Assembly: GCA_964016885.1 (NCBI GenBank)
Contig: OZ024753.1
Span: forward strand, 4,898,001-4,962,000
DNA from: Eledone cirrhosa
Lineage: Eukaryota
DNA length: 64,000 nucleotides
Reading direction: 5' to 3'
This document shows positions 40,259-54,065 of this stretch, piece by piece. The notes beneath the pieces were generated by a model. The model had not been told where the DNA came from, ran no database searches, and saw only the letters and a program-made list of their open reading frames with translations. Both the position numbers and the translations under genes were made by a program. The stretch's first letter is position 1, and every line of letters begins with the position of its first letter.

Positions 40259-40480
40259 TCAATCCCACGAGAACCGATAACATTTTTTAAGTTTCTGTGG
40301 CCAATACCTAATACTAACAAAATTAGACAAAAAGATATCGGTGGGAATATATGTATTCCAGAACATCACAACATATATTGGAACAGGAGTAAAATCAGTA
40401 TTCGAAGCAGATTTCCTATACTTAAGAAAATGTAATTTTTCAGGATGAATTTCCACTTTTGTGAGCACGTGTCTGACCAT
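40259..40480 (-). pseudogene. Possible decayed gag-like LINE ORF1 fragment
   Basis: VVMFWNTYIPTDIFLSNFVSIRYWPQKLKKCYRF resembles the region just before the zinc knuckle in I/Jockey ORF1. Confidence 0.3.
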
Positions 40481-41869
40481 AATTATATGGAAAAGTCAAT
40501 AATATTTCTTATATTTTAGTATGTAAAATTATTTTAAATGTGTGCTTCAATATTAACATATACAGGCAAAATTTAATCAAATATTTATATTTGTCCCATT
40601 TTTAAAACCTATAAAATCATCATTTTTGTTTTTTTGTTTTTGTTTTCTCGAAAGTATACTATAATTCGTTCTTAACAGAATGTTTATATGGTGTACACGC
40701 CTGAATAAGACCGAACATGCTAAGCATAATATAAAATATTTTAATCTAATTGTTAATCGCATCATATCATTAACTTCAAAACAAAACTAAATTAATTTGC
40801 AAAGCCAAAACTGATTATGTCGTATGTCGTGAATTGTAATATAATCAAACATATACATATATATTTTTTTGTGAGGGAGTATATTTAATTCATGTTATTG
40901 CATGTGATAGAAATATGGCAATTCGATTTGTCTGTGGTGATCTTAAATCCGATCACATAGGCTACACCAGAAGAAGGAGTTTTACATAAGAAAAGTTAGC
41001 TTCCTCTTATAATTATAAGTTTTTCTATGTGTATGGGTACATTTAAAGCGGTTTTAAAGAACTTAATTCTAACGAAGTTTCCTTCCTGAAACTATAATTC
41101 TAATGTTGATTGCTTTTCACTGCCAATTGTTGGCTTTCAGTTTGTAGGGAATAAAGAGAGTATTCATGATGTGCTGAAAAACATTAGTGATGTAAATGAA
41201 AAGTAATCGCTAAAGGCAATAATATAATTGAAACTGTTCTGCAATAGATAAGTAGAAACCTATGATATATTCACTGTAAAGTACTGTATTATATCGTAAA
41301 TATCAATGTGTTAAGTATCCCATGTTGTTAAAAGGAATTTGAGTATTAAAGCAGCTAGAAAGGAGGGTCTTCTTTCTACCATAGTAACATTTGTTTTATC
41401 TGGATGAACGTACAAATATATAGGAATGAAACTCAACATTACAACAAAAATTAAACACTTGACATGTATACAAAACTAGATGGTGTATTAATATCTTACC
41501 TCTTCAAGTAAAAGCCCCTTTTTACATACAATTCTAGTTGGTTTTCACTCGATTCTTAGAAAGATGACCGATCGCCGTTGGTACAAAATGCTTCAACACT
41601 TCTCTATTTGAAGATCTCTTTCGAATATTTGCTACTATCATCAAAGTGTTCCCCTGTTACTTCCATGCCTCATGTTGTATCCTTCCACAACTAGACTTTG
41701 ATCATGCGTGTATTAACTTATCAACCACGATTTTAGTCTGATTATGTCGATATTGCTTGCTTGCTCCTATGCTAACTATTTCCTGGGTTGATCAGTTCAG
41801 TAGGTAAGTTGTTACACACACTTGAGCAGCGTTCTGTGACTTCTATGACTACCGTCTCTTCGAAAATTT

Positions 41870-42005
41870 AATTGTTTCTACTTTTGGCACAAGGCCAGCA
41901 ATTACCCAGTGTATTACTGGTACTTTATTTTATCAACCCCATAAGGATGAAAGGCAAAGTTAACCTCGGCGGGATTTGAACTCAGAATGGCAAGGGCCGT
42001 AACTC
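41870..42005 (-). mobile_element. Family A SINE, deletion subfamily
   Basis: Near-identical to 59779-59921. Confidence 0.85.
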
Positions 42006-42374
42006 TTCGAAGATTTAATGAGCGATTTGTAGAGCACCCTATCCGGAAGTTCAGTTGATCCCACATAACTAAATTTGCTTGCAAACGTGCATTTGTCCGT
42101 CGAAGATGATGAAACCGCTTTGCGTTCAACTAAAGACTGGAGAGAAATTGAGAACATCTTTTATTCATTTGAGGTTAAAATAATTAAATAAGAAGAGTGA
42201 AGACTTGAATGCTTCTAGATTGTAATGAGCATAAATTGTAATATATTAGATATCTGGAAATATACATATCAAAATCAATAGCACCAAATATTTCAAGATA
42301 TATATATCTTTCAGCTTTTATATTAACATAACTCATCAACTTTTATGATTATAACTTTGTGTGTAATCTAGATA

Positions 42375-42710
42375 TGAGAGGGTGTATGGTTAGAACGTTG
42401 GGGTCACAATCGTGAGGTTATGAATTCAAAATCACGAATCGGGTGGTGCATTTTGTCATTGAGCAAGAGATTTTATTTCAGATTGCTCCTGTTCACTCAG
42501 CTGGGGAAATGAGTTGCGACGTTACTGGTGCCAAGCAGCATCGGCCATTGCATATCTCTTGGACAACATTGGTGGCATATAAAGGAGAGATTGACATGCG
42601 TATGCGACTGCTTGCCTTCCACAAATACACCTTACTCGGACTTGTACCTCAGAGCAAAACCTCTATAGGCGTAAAATGTTTGGTCACTTATGACCGAAGA
42701 CGGTCCATCT
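42375..42710 (+). mobile_element. Family B SINE (tail type 1)
   Basis: Paralog of 665-960. Confidence 0.75.
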
Positions 42711-43444
42711 AATTTAGATATATTTGCCATCTCATTTTGAAGGTATTGTGGTAGTCTAGTTCATTTCTTTGTGGTCATGATGCCTTTTCTGTTAGTTAAA
42801 ATTACAGTCGGCCTTATTCCCAATGCATTATTTCTATATATCTGTACAAAGTTCTAAAGTGAGCACTATAACTAGAAATAGACGGATAGGTTAAAAGATA
42901 GATAGTGAGAGTGATAGAGACAAGCAAACTGTCTTAAACAACTGATGAAAATGTCAGTTGATAGGATTGTTCTAAAATATTTTTTAGAATTCCATATATA
43001 TATATATATAGTGGGTGTTCAGTATGCTCTTGAGAACCTTCCATCAAATCTTGGATTTCGCATTACTGAGATTCCACTCTGGTTTTCTATTTAGTGACTT
43101 GTGTAAGAATACAAATCTATATTCAAAGCATTAAATATAATTTATACATATCCAGTACCTAAAGTTTGTAAAACTAGGTGTCTTGTTAGAGGAAAGGTTA
43201 TATTTAATATTCTATTTAACTGACAAGAACTAAAAGGTCATTTTGCAACAATAGAAAGCTCTGGCTATAGAGCTACAAAGTACAAGGCCAGATTGTTGGT
43301 GTAAATGCTCTATGATTAGATGTATTTTGATGTTTACTAAACCCATAATAAAATGTTTCCAATCTGTGAATGCAATATTTCAGTCTACTACTTACAATTA
43401 CCTTTATTGCAAAGATTTAAAGACACTTTATGTAATAATGATTT

Positions 43445-43570
43445 GCAGTTTAGGAACAAGGTAAACAATTTATGGTTAGGAGAAAGTCAATTACGTTGAC
43501 CTTAGTAATGGACTGATATTTTATTTTATTTACCTCGAGTGAATGAAAGCCAAAGTTAACTTCTGCGGGA
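43445..43570 (-). mobile_element. Old family A SINE
   Basis: TAGGAACAAGG...GAATGAAAGCCAAAGTTAAC. Confidence 0.6.
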
Positions 43571-44569
43571 AATTTGTAATAATTGTATATTGATGGCTCT
43601 AAAAATGATATGGAAAAGAATGATTTTTAGAGTCAAAATTAAATACATTGATAATTATATAATTGAAAATGAAGAAAACACATGCTAAAAAAGTTCGTGT
43701 TGACACAAAATGCTGTAAATTCATTGTTAAAACTATAGAGAAAATCTGGATTCCAGATTACGGGATGCAACTAGTGCGTTCAAGATCTTCGCTTAATCGT
43801 TCCAATAAAATGAGAGGTTTCATATTTATTAGTGTTAATGTAGCTGATAAAAGTTACTTGTATTAAATTGAGCAGCAATATAAGAAAACTACTTTGAACA
43901 TAATTAAATTCTAAAAACCTTGGCATGGAATGTATCACCATGGACATTTCAAACAATTGACAACATATGCACACAACAGATAAATTTGTTTAAATTTCTA
44001 CATAAAATTGTGTCAGGTTTTTCTGATGATATCAAAATACATATATATATTTGTGTGTGTGTGTGTGTGTGTGTGTGTTTGGGTATAATCTAGTTTAATC
44101 ATTTTGTGCCAAAAGTAGAAACAATTATTTAATATACCTGTATTTCCTATTGTTCTCTAGAAAAACATGCCTTAACAACCTCTGTCTGTCATGTGATTTA
44201 AATAGTTTTTTTGGGGGGAGGTGGGGGTCTAATGTTGTTGTTTTTGTTCATTTCAAATAGTAGAATTTCACTAGTTGGCTATCAAGTTTTTCCTTGTGCA
44301 TGAAGAGAAGCGGGTGAGGATTTAAAAACACTTCTTTTCTTTTCCTTTTCTTATTACCGTTTATTTTTCTTTTGTTTTTCTATTTTGTGTTTTGCAAGCA
44401 GTCTGTAATCCATTCCATTGTTACAGTGTTTCATACAAGCACACATGCGAGGTGTGTACTTGTGATCTTTCACACCATATTTTCTGACAATGAATCTAAT
44501 TACATTGTCAGAAAATATTGTTTTAGGGATCACAACAATATATCTAATTACTGTAAAACTCAGCATGAC

Positions 44570-44910
44570 CGAATAGTTAAGAAGTTGTTTGTTTCATTAT
44601 CATAAGGTTCCGGGCTCGATACAACTTTGTGACAACTTGGCCAAGTGTCAGTTACTATAGCTACAGGTCGAACCAAGCCTTTAAAAGAAATGATATGGAG
44701 GGGAAATTTCTTCGAAGCCTGCTGGGTTAACTGTATCTATAAACAAAAATATCGGCATCATCATACACTGTGTCACTCCAAATTACTCTCAGAATTATGT
44801 TAGGAGCACCCTTTTCTGTGGAATTTTGAGCCCATACACCTTATTTTAATGAGCAAGTCGTATTGTTGATAAAGCAACTGGAGTATTCATACTCAAAAGT
44901 GATGAGATCC
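44570..44910 (+). mobile_element. Diverged CORE-like SINE
   Basis: GGCTCGATAC...GACAACTTGGCCAAGTGTC, plus a family B-type tail. Confidence 0.5.
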
Positions 44911-45074
44911 ATTTATTTTAATGTTATCTAATTGGCAAGAAAAGTAACAGAGCTTGGAGAACAATTTCTTGGAAAAGAATCTTGGTAATTTTGCATAAAT
45001 GTATTTCTTAAAGCACAGCATTTATAATCTTTGGAACAGAGATGTATGATTAAAAAACCTATTAGAGCAGTACC

Positions 45075-45420
45075 ATCATCTTCTTCTGCGTCTTCTTCTG
45101 CTTCTTCTTTTTCACCCACTTATTCCTAGAGGGTCGTGGTGAGAGAACCCTCAAGCACCCCTTCCAAAGGATCCTGTTATCCATTTTATGCCAGCTGGTT
45201 TTGCCCGTAAAATTCTGCCAGCAATTCTTTCCTGGGGCATTCTAACCACACGTCCGTAATATAGGAGTTGTTATCTCTCAATTCGGAGAAGTAGCGGCTC
45301 TACCTGGAGCGACTCTCTGAGTTATACACTCTATCGAGTAACGTTACTTCAAAGACTATATTGAATGGAGTCGACTTAGCACGATATGCGACTGTGAAAT
45401 ATACGCACTGTGGTTAAACC
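45075..45420 (-). mobile_element. RTE-like LINE 3' remnant with (GAA)n-like tail
   Basis: Minus strand translates LLYYGRVVRMPQERIA and MDNRILWKG (RTE W.GH..RM...R.P and DR..W patterns). Confidence 0.55.
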
Positions 45421-45550
45421 ATATTTGCGTGTAAATAACATAGGTTTTTATACGACTGGAGTGACATATATATAGTCGGATAAAGAAATAAATAGATAAG
45501 TAGATAGTTATACATATTAGAGTGAGAGGGTTGTGGGAGAGAGAGGGGAT

Positions 45551-45635
<85 letters not shown>

Positions 45636-46504
45636 GAAACAATTGCCATAATTTAGTGCCTGTTTATGAATAATTTAGAAGTTAACCTTCAGTGTAACAC
45701 TGTAAATAATAATATACATATAATTATATGTGTTTTTTTGTATTTTCTAAGAAACCCGACACAGACATAGATTCACGAATATTTATTTGGTATCAGGCAA
45801 GTTTGTAGTATCAATCACAGGCGTTGAAACGTAGCCAAAACAAAAATACCGTTTTTTTTTATATTAGTTAAATGTGATGCGAATCTTTAATATAAAACAC
45901 AAACAAGATTAAAACTAGAATATTATTTTTCACTCATCATTAAAATTTGTATTGCTGTTCAAATCAGCTAAGTTCAAGCATAACTATGATCAAATATGTT
46001 CCAGCTGTAACCGTACCATCTTTTTCGCCTACATAATAAATCTAACACTACATTATATAATTTTCAAGTGTTAATTTTATCATATTTGAAATGCATCTGA
46101 CTAAATTTCTATCAGACCAAGATACAAAATAGATGCTTCCTCTTTAGCTCAATACTGTTGTTGTTGAATTTTAATCACAAATCAGGAATTTTAATCACAA
46201 ATAAAGCCTGATTCATTGGATATATGACCAAATGCATTCAAACCATGTCGTAACAGAAAGAAGTGTTATTAAAGAAAAAGAACAAAAATGTTTGTTAACT
46301 AATAGTAGCGCTCCACGAGAGTTGAGACTATATCGTAATACACGAAGGTGGAGACAATATCGTAATACACGAGGTTGGACACTTTTCTATATCGTAATAC
46401 ACATGGGTGGAGAGTTTTAAAAGTGTGAAATTATAAGTCGTGTTCAGAGTATCTTATTTACAGACATTGACATCTAGTACTAACATACATATACGATACA
46501 CAAT

Positions 46505-46555
<51 letters not shown>

Positions 46556-46715
46556 GTATAAATAGATAATATACGCAAACAGATATCAACAAATTTTAAA
46601 TGGTTTTATTTCATCTTTTACATGTAATGTATTCCCTGCAGCATAAATGTTCAATCTGCGTCAATGTGTTTTTATGTGTGTACGTGAGGGTGTGTGTCTC
46701 TTTGAGTGACTTTCT

Positions 46716-46746
<31 letters not shown>

Positions 46747-47788
46747 GTGTGTGTGTATGTGTGTGTGTCTGTGTCTGTATATGTGTGTTTGTCTGCATGT
46801 ACGTATAAGTGTATGTGTCTCTTTGTGTGTGTGAGTGTCACTTTTTCTCATTTTTTCTCAACTCTACAATTCTTAGTGTTTTTATTCTTTTGATTCTCTG
46901 CTTAATCCTCCATTTCCCATTATTTACCTTATATCGTGGTGAGTTAAAGTTAATTAACTACGTCAGTGGAAGATTTTGTTATTCACCAGTGTTGTTCAAG
47001 TCCTAAATTTATAGCTCTTGTAGATCATTCATTTCATTTGATTATTTTCCTTCCACGCTTGTTGATCTTTATCTAGTTTGTTCATTAACTCCAAATAGCA
47101 GGAGAATTCATAATCTTAAGGGTACCAGAATCAATGCTTCTTGCAGCATTAATATTTCTCAGATATTTTTCGTATTAAAAAGCATTTATCTTGTTCTTAA
47201 AACATTTACAGCAGCAGTTTTATAACCTCGATTTTGTATTTAAATTATTTTCTTGTGAAACTTAGATCAAAGAAACTAAAAGCAACTAAAAATCAGAATT
47301 AAAATACGAATATATCTTTATATGCTTCCATTGATCTAGTTTATACGATCTCTTGAAATATATTACAAATGTCATGAAGACGTACTTCCATTTTTATTTT
47401 TTATGATAATGAACCTAAAAATTGTATCCATAAAGTTGAATATCGATTTTAATACAAATATGTCTTACATTGCAATTTTCATGATCAACTGACTATGCAC
47501 CATTTCTCATATTACGTTTTAGAAAATAGTTTAATGGCGAATTTGGTAGACGAGCGATTTGAACAAATTAAAAAGAAACGAAAAAGTTTTAATATTTCAT
47601 TTAATATGAAATTGAAATCTTCAATTGAAAGTTGTGATAAAACACATTAGTCTGTTTTCAAATAGTATTATAAGTTTGTAGACTATATTTCACGTTCTGC
47701 ATATTCACTCAGTTTGACTTTCTTCAACTTTTGTCTGCTTTTACGTATCAGCCACGTTTTTTATAGTACGTTTAAATTGAGAAATGGT

Positions 47789-48156
47789 TGTAGAATAGAA
47801 GAGAGGGCCCCCTGCGGTCATAATTGAACATGAGCTTTTATCTAGCATGTTTCTTTACAGAAAGCAGGCCTACGCAAAGTTTTTGTGGAATGTGGAGCTA
47901 AGGAACCGGTATTGCAGGGGTCAGTCTTGCTAGAACCGAGGGGTGAATGACTTTATGTTGGAGGAAGCGCAGGCGGTACCTTTCTCTTTCGTCTCTGAGA
48001 TGCGAGCAAGTGAAGACCTACGTGATTATTTGTGGAGTGAGTGTGTGAGTTTGCTATGTTTTCTGGTCACACGCAAAGCAGGTTAGCATACTGCAGGTAG
48101 ATTCGGTCCGAATACGAGTGGAAACACAAAGTTAGGTCCCTCCGCATCTTACGACA
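47789..48156. mobile_element. Possible solo LTR
   Basis: GC-richer unique block bounded by TGT...ACA. No clear TSD. Confidence 0.3.
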
Positions 48157-48782
48157 GGAAGACCAGGAAGACACAATGCGCCGCCCAACCCAGGAATCAA
48201 ACTTACAACTTTACGATCGTAAGCCCAACACTCTAACCATCAACTCATGTATGATTATAACACACTGATTCTAATGACATATTTTTTTACAAGGAAACGA
48301 ATCTCTGGGTGTTCAAATACAATATCATAGATATGTATGTGATTTAGCAACAATAGGGTAGTCGGGAATAAGTGTCATGTCGTACAGTGTGGTCATAACG
48401 TTGAAGTACAGTACACATTTTTAATATCTTAAATGTGATGTAGACGTTTTTTTAAATATCACCTACGTTATCACACCATGTCTCTTTTCCTATACATTAT
48501 GGCATTGTATAAGTATTCAAGTTAGAAGTGTCAGAACTCTGCTTTATAACATCATATTCTCTACTAATCATTTCGTTATATATCTAATGAGAGACACTAC
48601 AATTTTTGAATGATTTTGAAAATCAAGGATGTGACGGTAGTGATTGGTAATATAACTATTTTTCTCATTATAAAGCTGGTATTTGAAACATAAATTTAGA
48701 TGAATATAAGCACTACTTTTAAACACACAGCTTTGTATTGTAGAACCAGGGATGGTTTCATTTGGTTCAGTATTGAAAGTGA

Positions 48783-48932
48783 TAATTGTTTCTACTTTAG
48801 GCACAAGGCCAGCAATTAACCAGTTCATTACTGGTACTTTATTTTATCGACCCCGTAAGGATGAAAGGCAAAGTCAACCTCGGCGGGATTTGAATTCAGA
48901 TGGTAAAGGGACGTAACTATGCTGGAAAGCAT
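48783..48932 (-). mobile_element. Family A SINE, deletion subfamily
   Basis: TTTCTACTTTAGGCACAAGGCCAGCAATTAACCAG...GGATGAAAGGCAAAGTCAACC. Confidence 0.85.
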
Positions 48933-49464
48933 TGAAAGTGATAATGCTTCTGCAAATGTGGGCCAGAACACATACAAAGAAAAAAATCTTGGACTTCATT
49001 TGTCGGATAAATATAATTGCTGTACATAAGGAAATACCTATATCATCGTTCGACTTGCTAGAAATAACATTGAAATTTGTTGCTGATCACACAAGGAAAA
49101 TTAACATTCGAAAAACAAAAGCAAGTAAATCTTGCTGAAAATAGACATGTACTATTAGAACTTCATAAAATAAACATTGATCGCAGACAAGATCGTTCTC
49201 TCTGTCACTCTCGTGGTTTCTCTCATTTCTCTCTGTCACTCTCGTGGTTTCTCTCATTTCTCTCTGTCTCTCTTTTCCTCTCTCCTTTTTCTCTCATTAT
49301 TAACATAAGCACTCTGCATATTACGCCAGCAACAGATATTGTTGCTATTACACACTTTTAACTCTGAATATCCGATTCACACAAAAGCATAGTGCTTAAA
49401 TAGATGCCACTTATAATAATAATTTATTACTCCCCAGTTTGCTATATATATGTGTATGTGTTTG

Positions 49465-49502
<38 letters not shown>

Positions 49503-49522
49503 TGTGTGTGTGCGTGTGTATC

Positions 49523-49582
<60 letters not shown>

Positions 49583-49667
49583 CTTAAATCTCTGCGGGAA
49601 AATGTCTTCGTTAGTCTCTTATCATCAGGAGGTAATTTTAATTCTTGATTCTTTGTATCGAATGATA

Positions 49668-49836
49668 ATAATTGTTTCTATTTTAGGCACAAGGCAAGCA
49701 ATTACCCAGTTCATTACTGGTACTTTATTTTATCGACCCCGTAAGGATGAAAGACAAAGTTAACCTCGGCGGGATTTGAACTCAGATCATAAAGGGACGT
49801 AACTCTATGCTTCAAAGCATGGTGTCCGACTCTCTA
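49668..49836 (-). mobile_element. Family A SINE, deletion subfamily
   Basis: Close paralog of the 48783 copy. Confidence 0.85.
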
Positions 49837-50507
49837 TGATAATAATACATCTAGATGGACGGAATAACAGCCACAATACCGACCGAAGCAAATTCAATAG
49901 TTAATTAACATATATTAACCATAAGCTATAACTACTTAGTATTGCTATTATGCCGTATTTACGAAAGCATGATGATGGCGGAAGATATGTGAGGTTCACT
50001 TAAATAAAATGAGTTTATCTAAAGGGGTCCCACATGTTGGGTGATTCCTTTTGTTTCGGTTGCTATCATTGGAGTCTAATTAATTTGATTAAATTGAAAA
50101 TTAATTAAGTAATGTTAAATTATATAAAGGGAATGTTATATAGTATTCAAACTAAATTGATTACATTCACCACCAATTAAGTTTAAGAATCTCAATAAAA
50201 TAAAAATACACATAAATTTAAATTGAGTATAATTTTTAATTACAATTGATGTAGTAGAATATTATTTATGCTGAATCTACTTATACTTAGTGCAAAATAA
50301 ATTAAATTAGTGTCGACTAAATTTACTTCTAATTAATTAAACAATAAATTAGTAAAATTATTTTGAAAGAGAAGATGGTCTCTACTAAAATGATTAACAC
50401 TCATTACAAAAATAAATAAATATCAATATCCGTATACTTGGGTTTAGAAAAAACGAATAAAGGTGTGCTATATACCTGAACAAGGGATATTATGTATTTA
50501 TTCAAAC

Positions 50508-50697
50508 GGGCGGTGGATTGGCAGTATCGGTAGAGGGTCGGACGCCATGCTTTCCAGCATAGTTACGTCCCTTTACGATCTGAGTTCAAATCCCGTCGAG
50601 GTTGACTTTGCCTTTCATCCTTACGGGGTCAATAAAATAAAGTACCAGTAATGCACTGGGTAATTGCTGGCCTTGTGCCTAAAGTAGAAACAATTAT
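50508..50697 (+). mobile_element. Family A SINE, full length, deletion subfamily
   Basis: Complete head through AGAAACAATT, flanked by the direct repeat ATTATGTATTTATTCAAAC on both sides (TSD). Confidence 0.9.
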
Positions 50698-50717
50698 GTA
50701 TTTATTCAAACAGTTTT

Positions 50718-51130
50718 GCTGTCAGTTCTGTTATATGGATGTACAATTGTTATATGGATGTACAATTGTTATATGGATGTACAACTTCATGAACTCTAAA
50801 TAAGCGTCTTGAAAAGAAAATTGACGAAACTTGTACAAGAATGCTTCAAGCTGCTCTGGACATCTCCTGGGGATAAAGCCCGTCAGACAAAGAACAAGAT
50901 TCGCTGGTCATTGCTGGAGAGCAGAGGATGAGCTCATCAGTGACATTCTTCTTTAGAAACTGAAGCATGGGTACACAAATGTTGGTAGACCACATCGAAC
51001 CTACATAAAGCAACTGTACGAGGATTCTGAGTGCAACTGGGAAGACCTACTACGAGCAATGACGGACCGAAGAGACTGGAGAGAACGAGTCATGGTGATC
51101 TGTGTAATAAGCACGACCGATGATGATGAT
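50718..51130 (+). mobile_element. RTE-clade LINE 3' fragment with (GAT)n tail
   Basis: SVLLYGC (19-bp unit triplicated), LEKKIDETCTRML, RFAGHCWR, GRPHRTYIKQL, AMTDRRDWRERV. Confidence 0.8.
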
Positions 51131-52689
51131 ATATTTATTATTGAGATTTCTCTCCATATCTACTCAGAATCTAAGAATTAGCAAGCTTTGTTCTATAGAT
51201 TGGCTAGCTGCCTATTGTAATCATCATTACATGGCTCTATCAGTTTAAGGTTTAAATGAGACTTATAAACTATATTTCAGACTATCAATTTCTCCGATTT
51301 TATTTCACAAGAATAGATATTGTCGAAAAGAGAAAGGAGATGGGCTCCTCCTGACTTAAAATACCCAAAGACGCCGCATATCACTGCGGTGCCCTTATGA
51401 CTCCGTAACGAGTAGTTACGGATTAAAGAGGAGAGGCTATGTGTGTGTGTTTATGTGTGTGTGTGTCTGTCTGTCTGTCTCTCTGTTTGTCTGTCTGTGA
51501 AGGCTTAGTGCTTAAATCGTTGGGCTTGACACTATATTTCACGTTACTGTAGAAATAAGTTGCGACGTCACTGGTGCCATTGCCTTTCCCTTGGAAAACA
51601 TCGATCGACTGTTATACATATATGTGTACGTGCGTGTGTGTGTATATGTGTATGGTATTTGTATACTTGCAATGTATACGCTTTTGCAGTGACCAGTTTA
51701 GGAATTTCTTTAAATTTCAAATTATGTTATATTTTATATTCTCAGATCACTTGCGAACGTCACAATAATGCATACATAGAAGTGTACATATATTCTAATA
51801 ATATAAAAGCATTTTTACTCTTTAGATCTAGAATAAATGCAAAAACGGTACATCTAAGTAAGATCACATAGAAGTAAGCTTCCTCTGTTTTTCCATTAGC
51901 CAAATTAGAATTTGAAAAGTAGTTTGATAGGAAAATATCTACAATTATTGAAATTAAAAGGTAATAAGAAAGATGAATTCTCTGTATATCTTAACGGATG
52001 AGTGTTTCAGTTACAACTTAAAAGGTCAGAAAGAAATATTTTACATCGGCACAGCGACATCTAAGAGTTTTTCAAACAACTATTTACTGCATTTCTTTCA
52101 ACTCATTACTAAAGTAAGTGGCTAGGTATGCTGTTAAGAATTTCAAATGCGCTGTCTTTAGAAAACTAGGACTATCACCTTATTTTCTTTCTCCCTGTTC
52201 AATCTTTTTCTCACTCCCACTCTCACTCTCACACTCTATATCTATCTATCTATTTATCTTTCTTTCTAATCATGTCTTTCTGTGTGTTTAATGAATGCAG
52301 TTATACATATGCGCATAAATACAAACGAAATCATGCATATGTGTGCATGTGTGTGTGCGTCTGTGTGTGAACAGAAATATGTCTTTAATTAAAGAAACTA
52401 ATATATGTATTATGAAAACAAGAGGAATAGGAATAAGACTATGAAATATATTAATTTTAAAAGGAAAATCAAAAATAAGAAAATAAATAAAACTATGAAA
52501 ACGTTCAAGTTATAAAGGAATCTGACACACTGGATGATGTATCCCAATAAATATAAACTAAAAGTAAAAATTAAACTTCCATGTAATCTTTTCTGATTAC
52601 AGAATTATGTGGCATCATTTTTAAATCAAACCTGATTAAATAGATGTCTATACTGGTAAGTGAGTTAAAGAATAAATGTGGTATAGGTA

Positions 52690-52815
52690 TGGTCTCATAA
52701 CATCTGATGGAGTTGTTGGGGTGCCATATTGATATACGGAGTTTCTATGGCATTTTAAGTCTGGTGGAGCCAAACCTTCTCCAGGCCTGAATACAGCAGA
52801 TTTCTTCCAGAAGCG
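52690..52815 (-). mobile_element. Family A long-tail fragment
   Basis: Reverse complement of CTGGAAGAAATCTGCTGTATTCAGG...ACTTAAAATGCC. Similar pieces at 51335-51425 and 56663-56720. Confidence 0.7.
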
Positions 52816-52883
52816 AGAGAGAGAGATAGTGAGAATGAGATATATATTTACACAAATTACCAATTGTGTATTATATGTAAATA

Positions 52884-53069
52884 CGAGGGTCGGCTAAAAA
52901 GATTAAAAGGCTGACCAAGATACTCTCATGGAATGACCAAATGAGGTTTATTTTTCAGCATAGTCCCTGGAACGAAATAATGCAGTTATTAATAAGAATT
53001 GAAATTAATGAAAGCAATATTTCACAGCCCTAGCATCACTCAGCTTATGAACTCTTCAGCTGATCCTTG
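52884..53069. mobile_element. mariner-type MITE
   Basis: TA-CGAGGGTCGGCTAAAAAGATTAAAAGGCTGA ... TCAGCTTATGAACTCTTCAGCTGATCCTTG-TA. Confidence 0.75.
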
Positions 53070-53664
53070 TATATTAACAGAGCAGAGGCCTGCTCAGAAC
53101 CTAACAACCTTAGTCGAAAAGATTCAGTGTACAATGTGTTGCTATACCAAGTAGAAGTGAAGTGATGCCAAATAAAAATAATAGTGGCAACCTGAATAAA
53201 TACCGAGAATTAATTCAACAAGAATTGCAAATGAAGATGAAAAATATAAAAAGTCTCGCGTGGAATAGGTTTTAATTCTACATGTATATTTTATAACTAA
53301 ATCCAACCCCCAAAAGAGAAAACTACTGCAATATATGCGTGTATGTTTGAAACATTTTCTACGCTCTAGAATTAACTTTCCAGAGGTGAACTCATTTGGG
53401 AATATGCGTACAGAAATACAAAATTATATCATCTATAGAAATAGAATACTTAGACGAAAGAATACATGATGAATATATAAACTTCAAATTTAAACTATAA
53501 AGAAGCTAAACTGAAAACATCGTATATCAAAACACTAAAACTATAAACATACAAATAAAACACAATTAAGGTAAAATTAACTGAAGCAAAACATATGAAC
53601 TGTCCCAATATAACTAGTACATATTTATCAACCATAGCTGAACTAAAGCTCTACCAACAAAATT

Positions 53665-53860
53665 ATGTCGGACAAAAAGCTTTGCAGCATATAGTTACAT
53701 CCCTTTATGTTCTGAGTTAAAATCCCATCGAGGTTAGCTTTGCCTTTCATCTTTACGGGTTGATAAAATAAAGTACTAGTAACGCAATGAGGTCGATTTA
53801 ATGGACTTTCCTGTCCCAAAACTATTGTTGGCCTTGTGCCTAAATTAGAAACCCTTATTA
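53665..53860 (+). mobile_element. Family A SINE
   Basis: CGAGGTTAGCTTTGCCTTTCATC...GGCCTTGTGCCTAAATTAGAAAC. Confidence 0.8.
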
Positions 53861-54065
53861 AGCGTAGTCATATAAATGAGACTCTAAACTTTACAATTCA
53901 TAGTGACTGACTATTGTCATGGTCATTTGTGTTGGAATGCACACATTTTAATTTCAAATGTTCTTGCGTTTTATTTACAGTTCTAGCTACAAACTTGTAT
54001 GTATGTATGTATGTATTATGTAAGGTTTCTTTGTGAGGAGTGGTTGATCAGTATGTATGTATGTA

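Noticed and set aside
43663-43866. EKIWIPD motif reminiscent of Cys-loop (nAChR-like) receptors
   Set aside because: Flanking residues lack the rest of the ligand-binding domain; no Cys-loop or other exons seen
46320-46415. Three ~30-bp repeats resembling a CRISPR array
   Set aside because: No unique spacers and a eukaryotic context; a simple minisatellite
50508-50600. tRNA-like A/B boxes
   Set aside because: SINE heads with no cloverleaf, not tRNA genes
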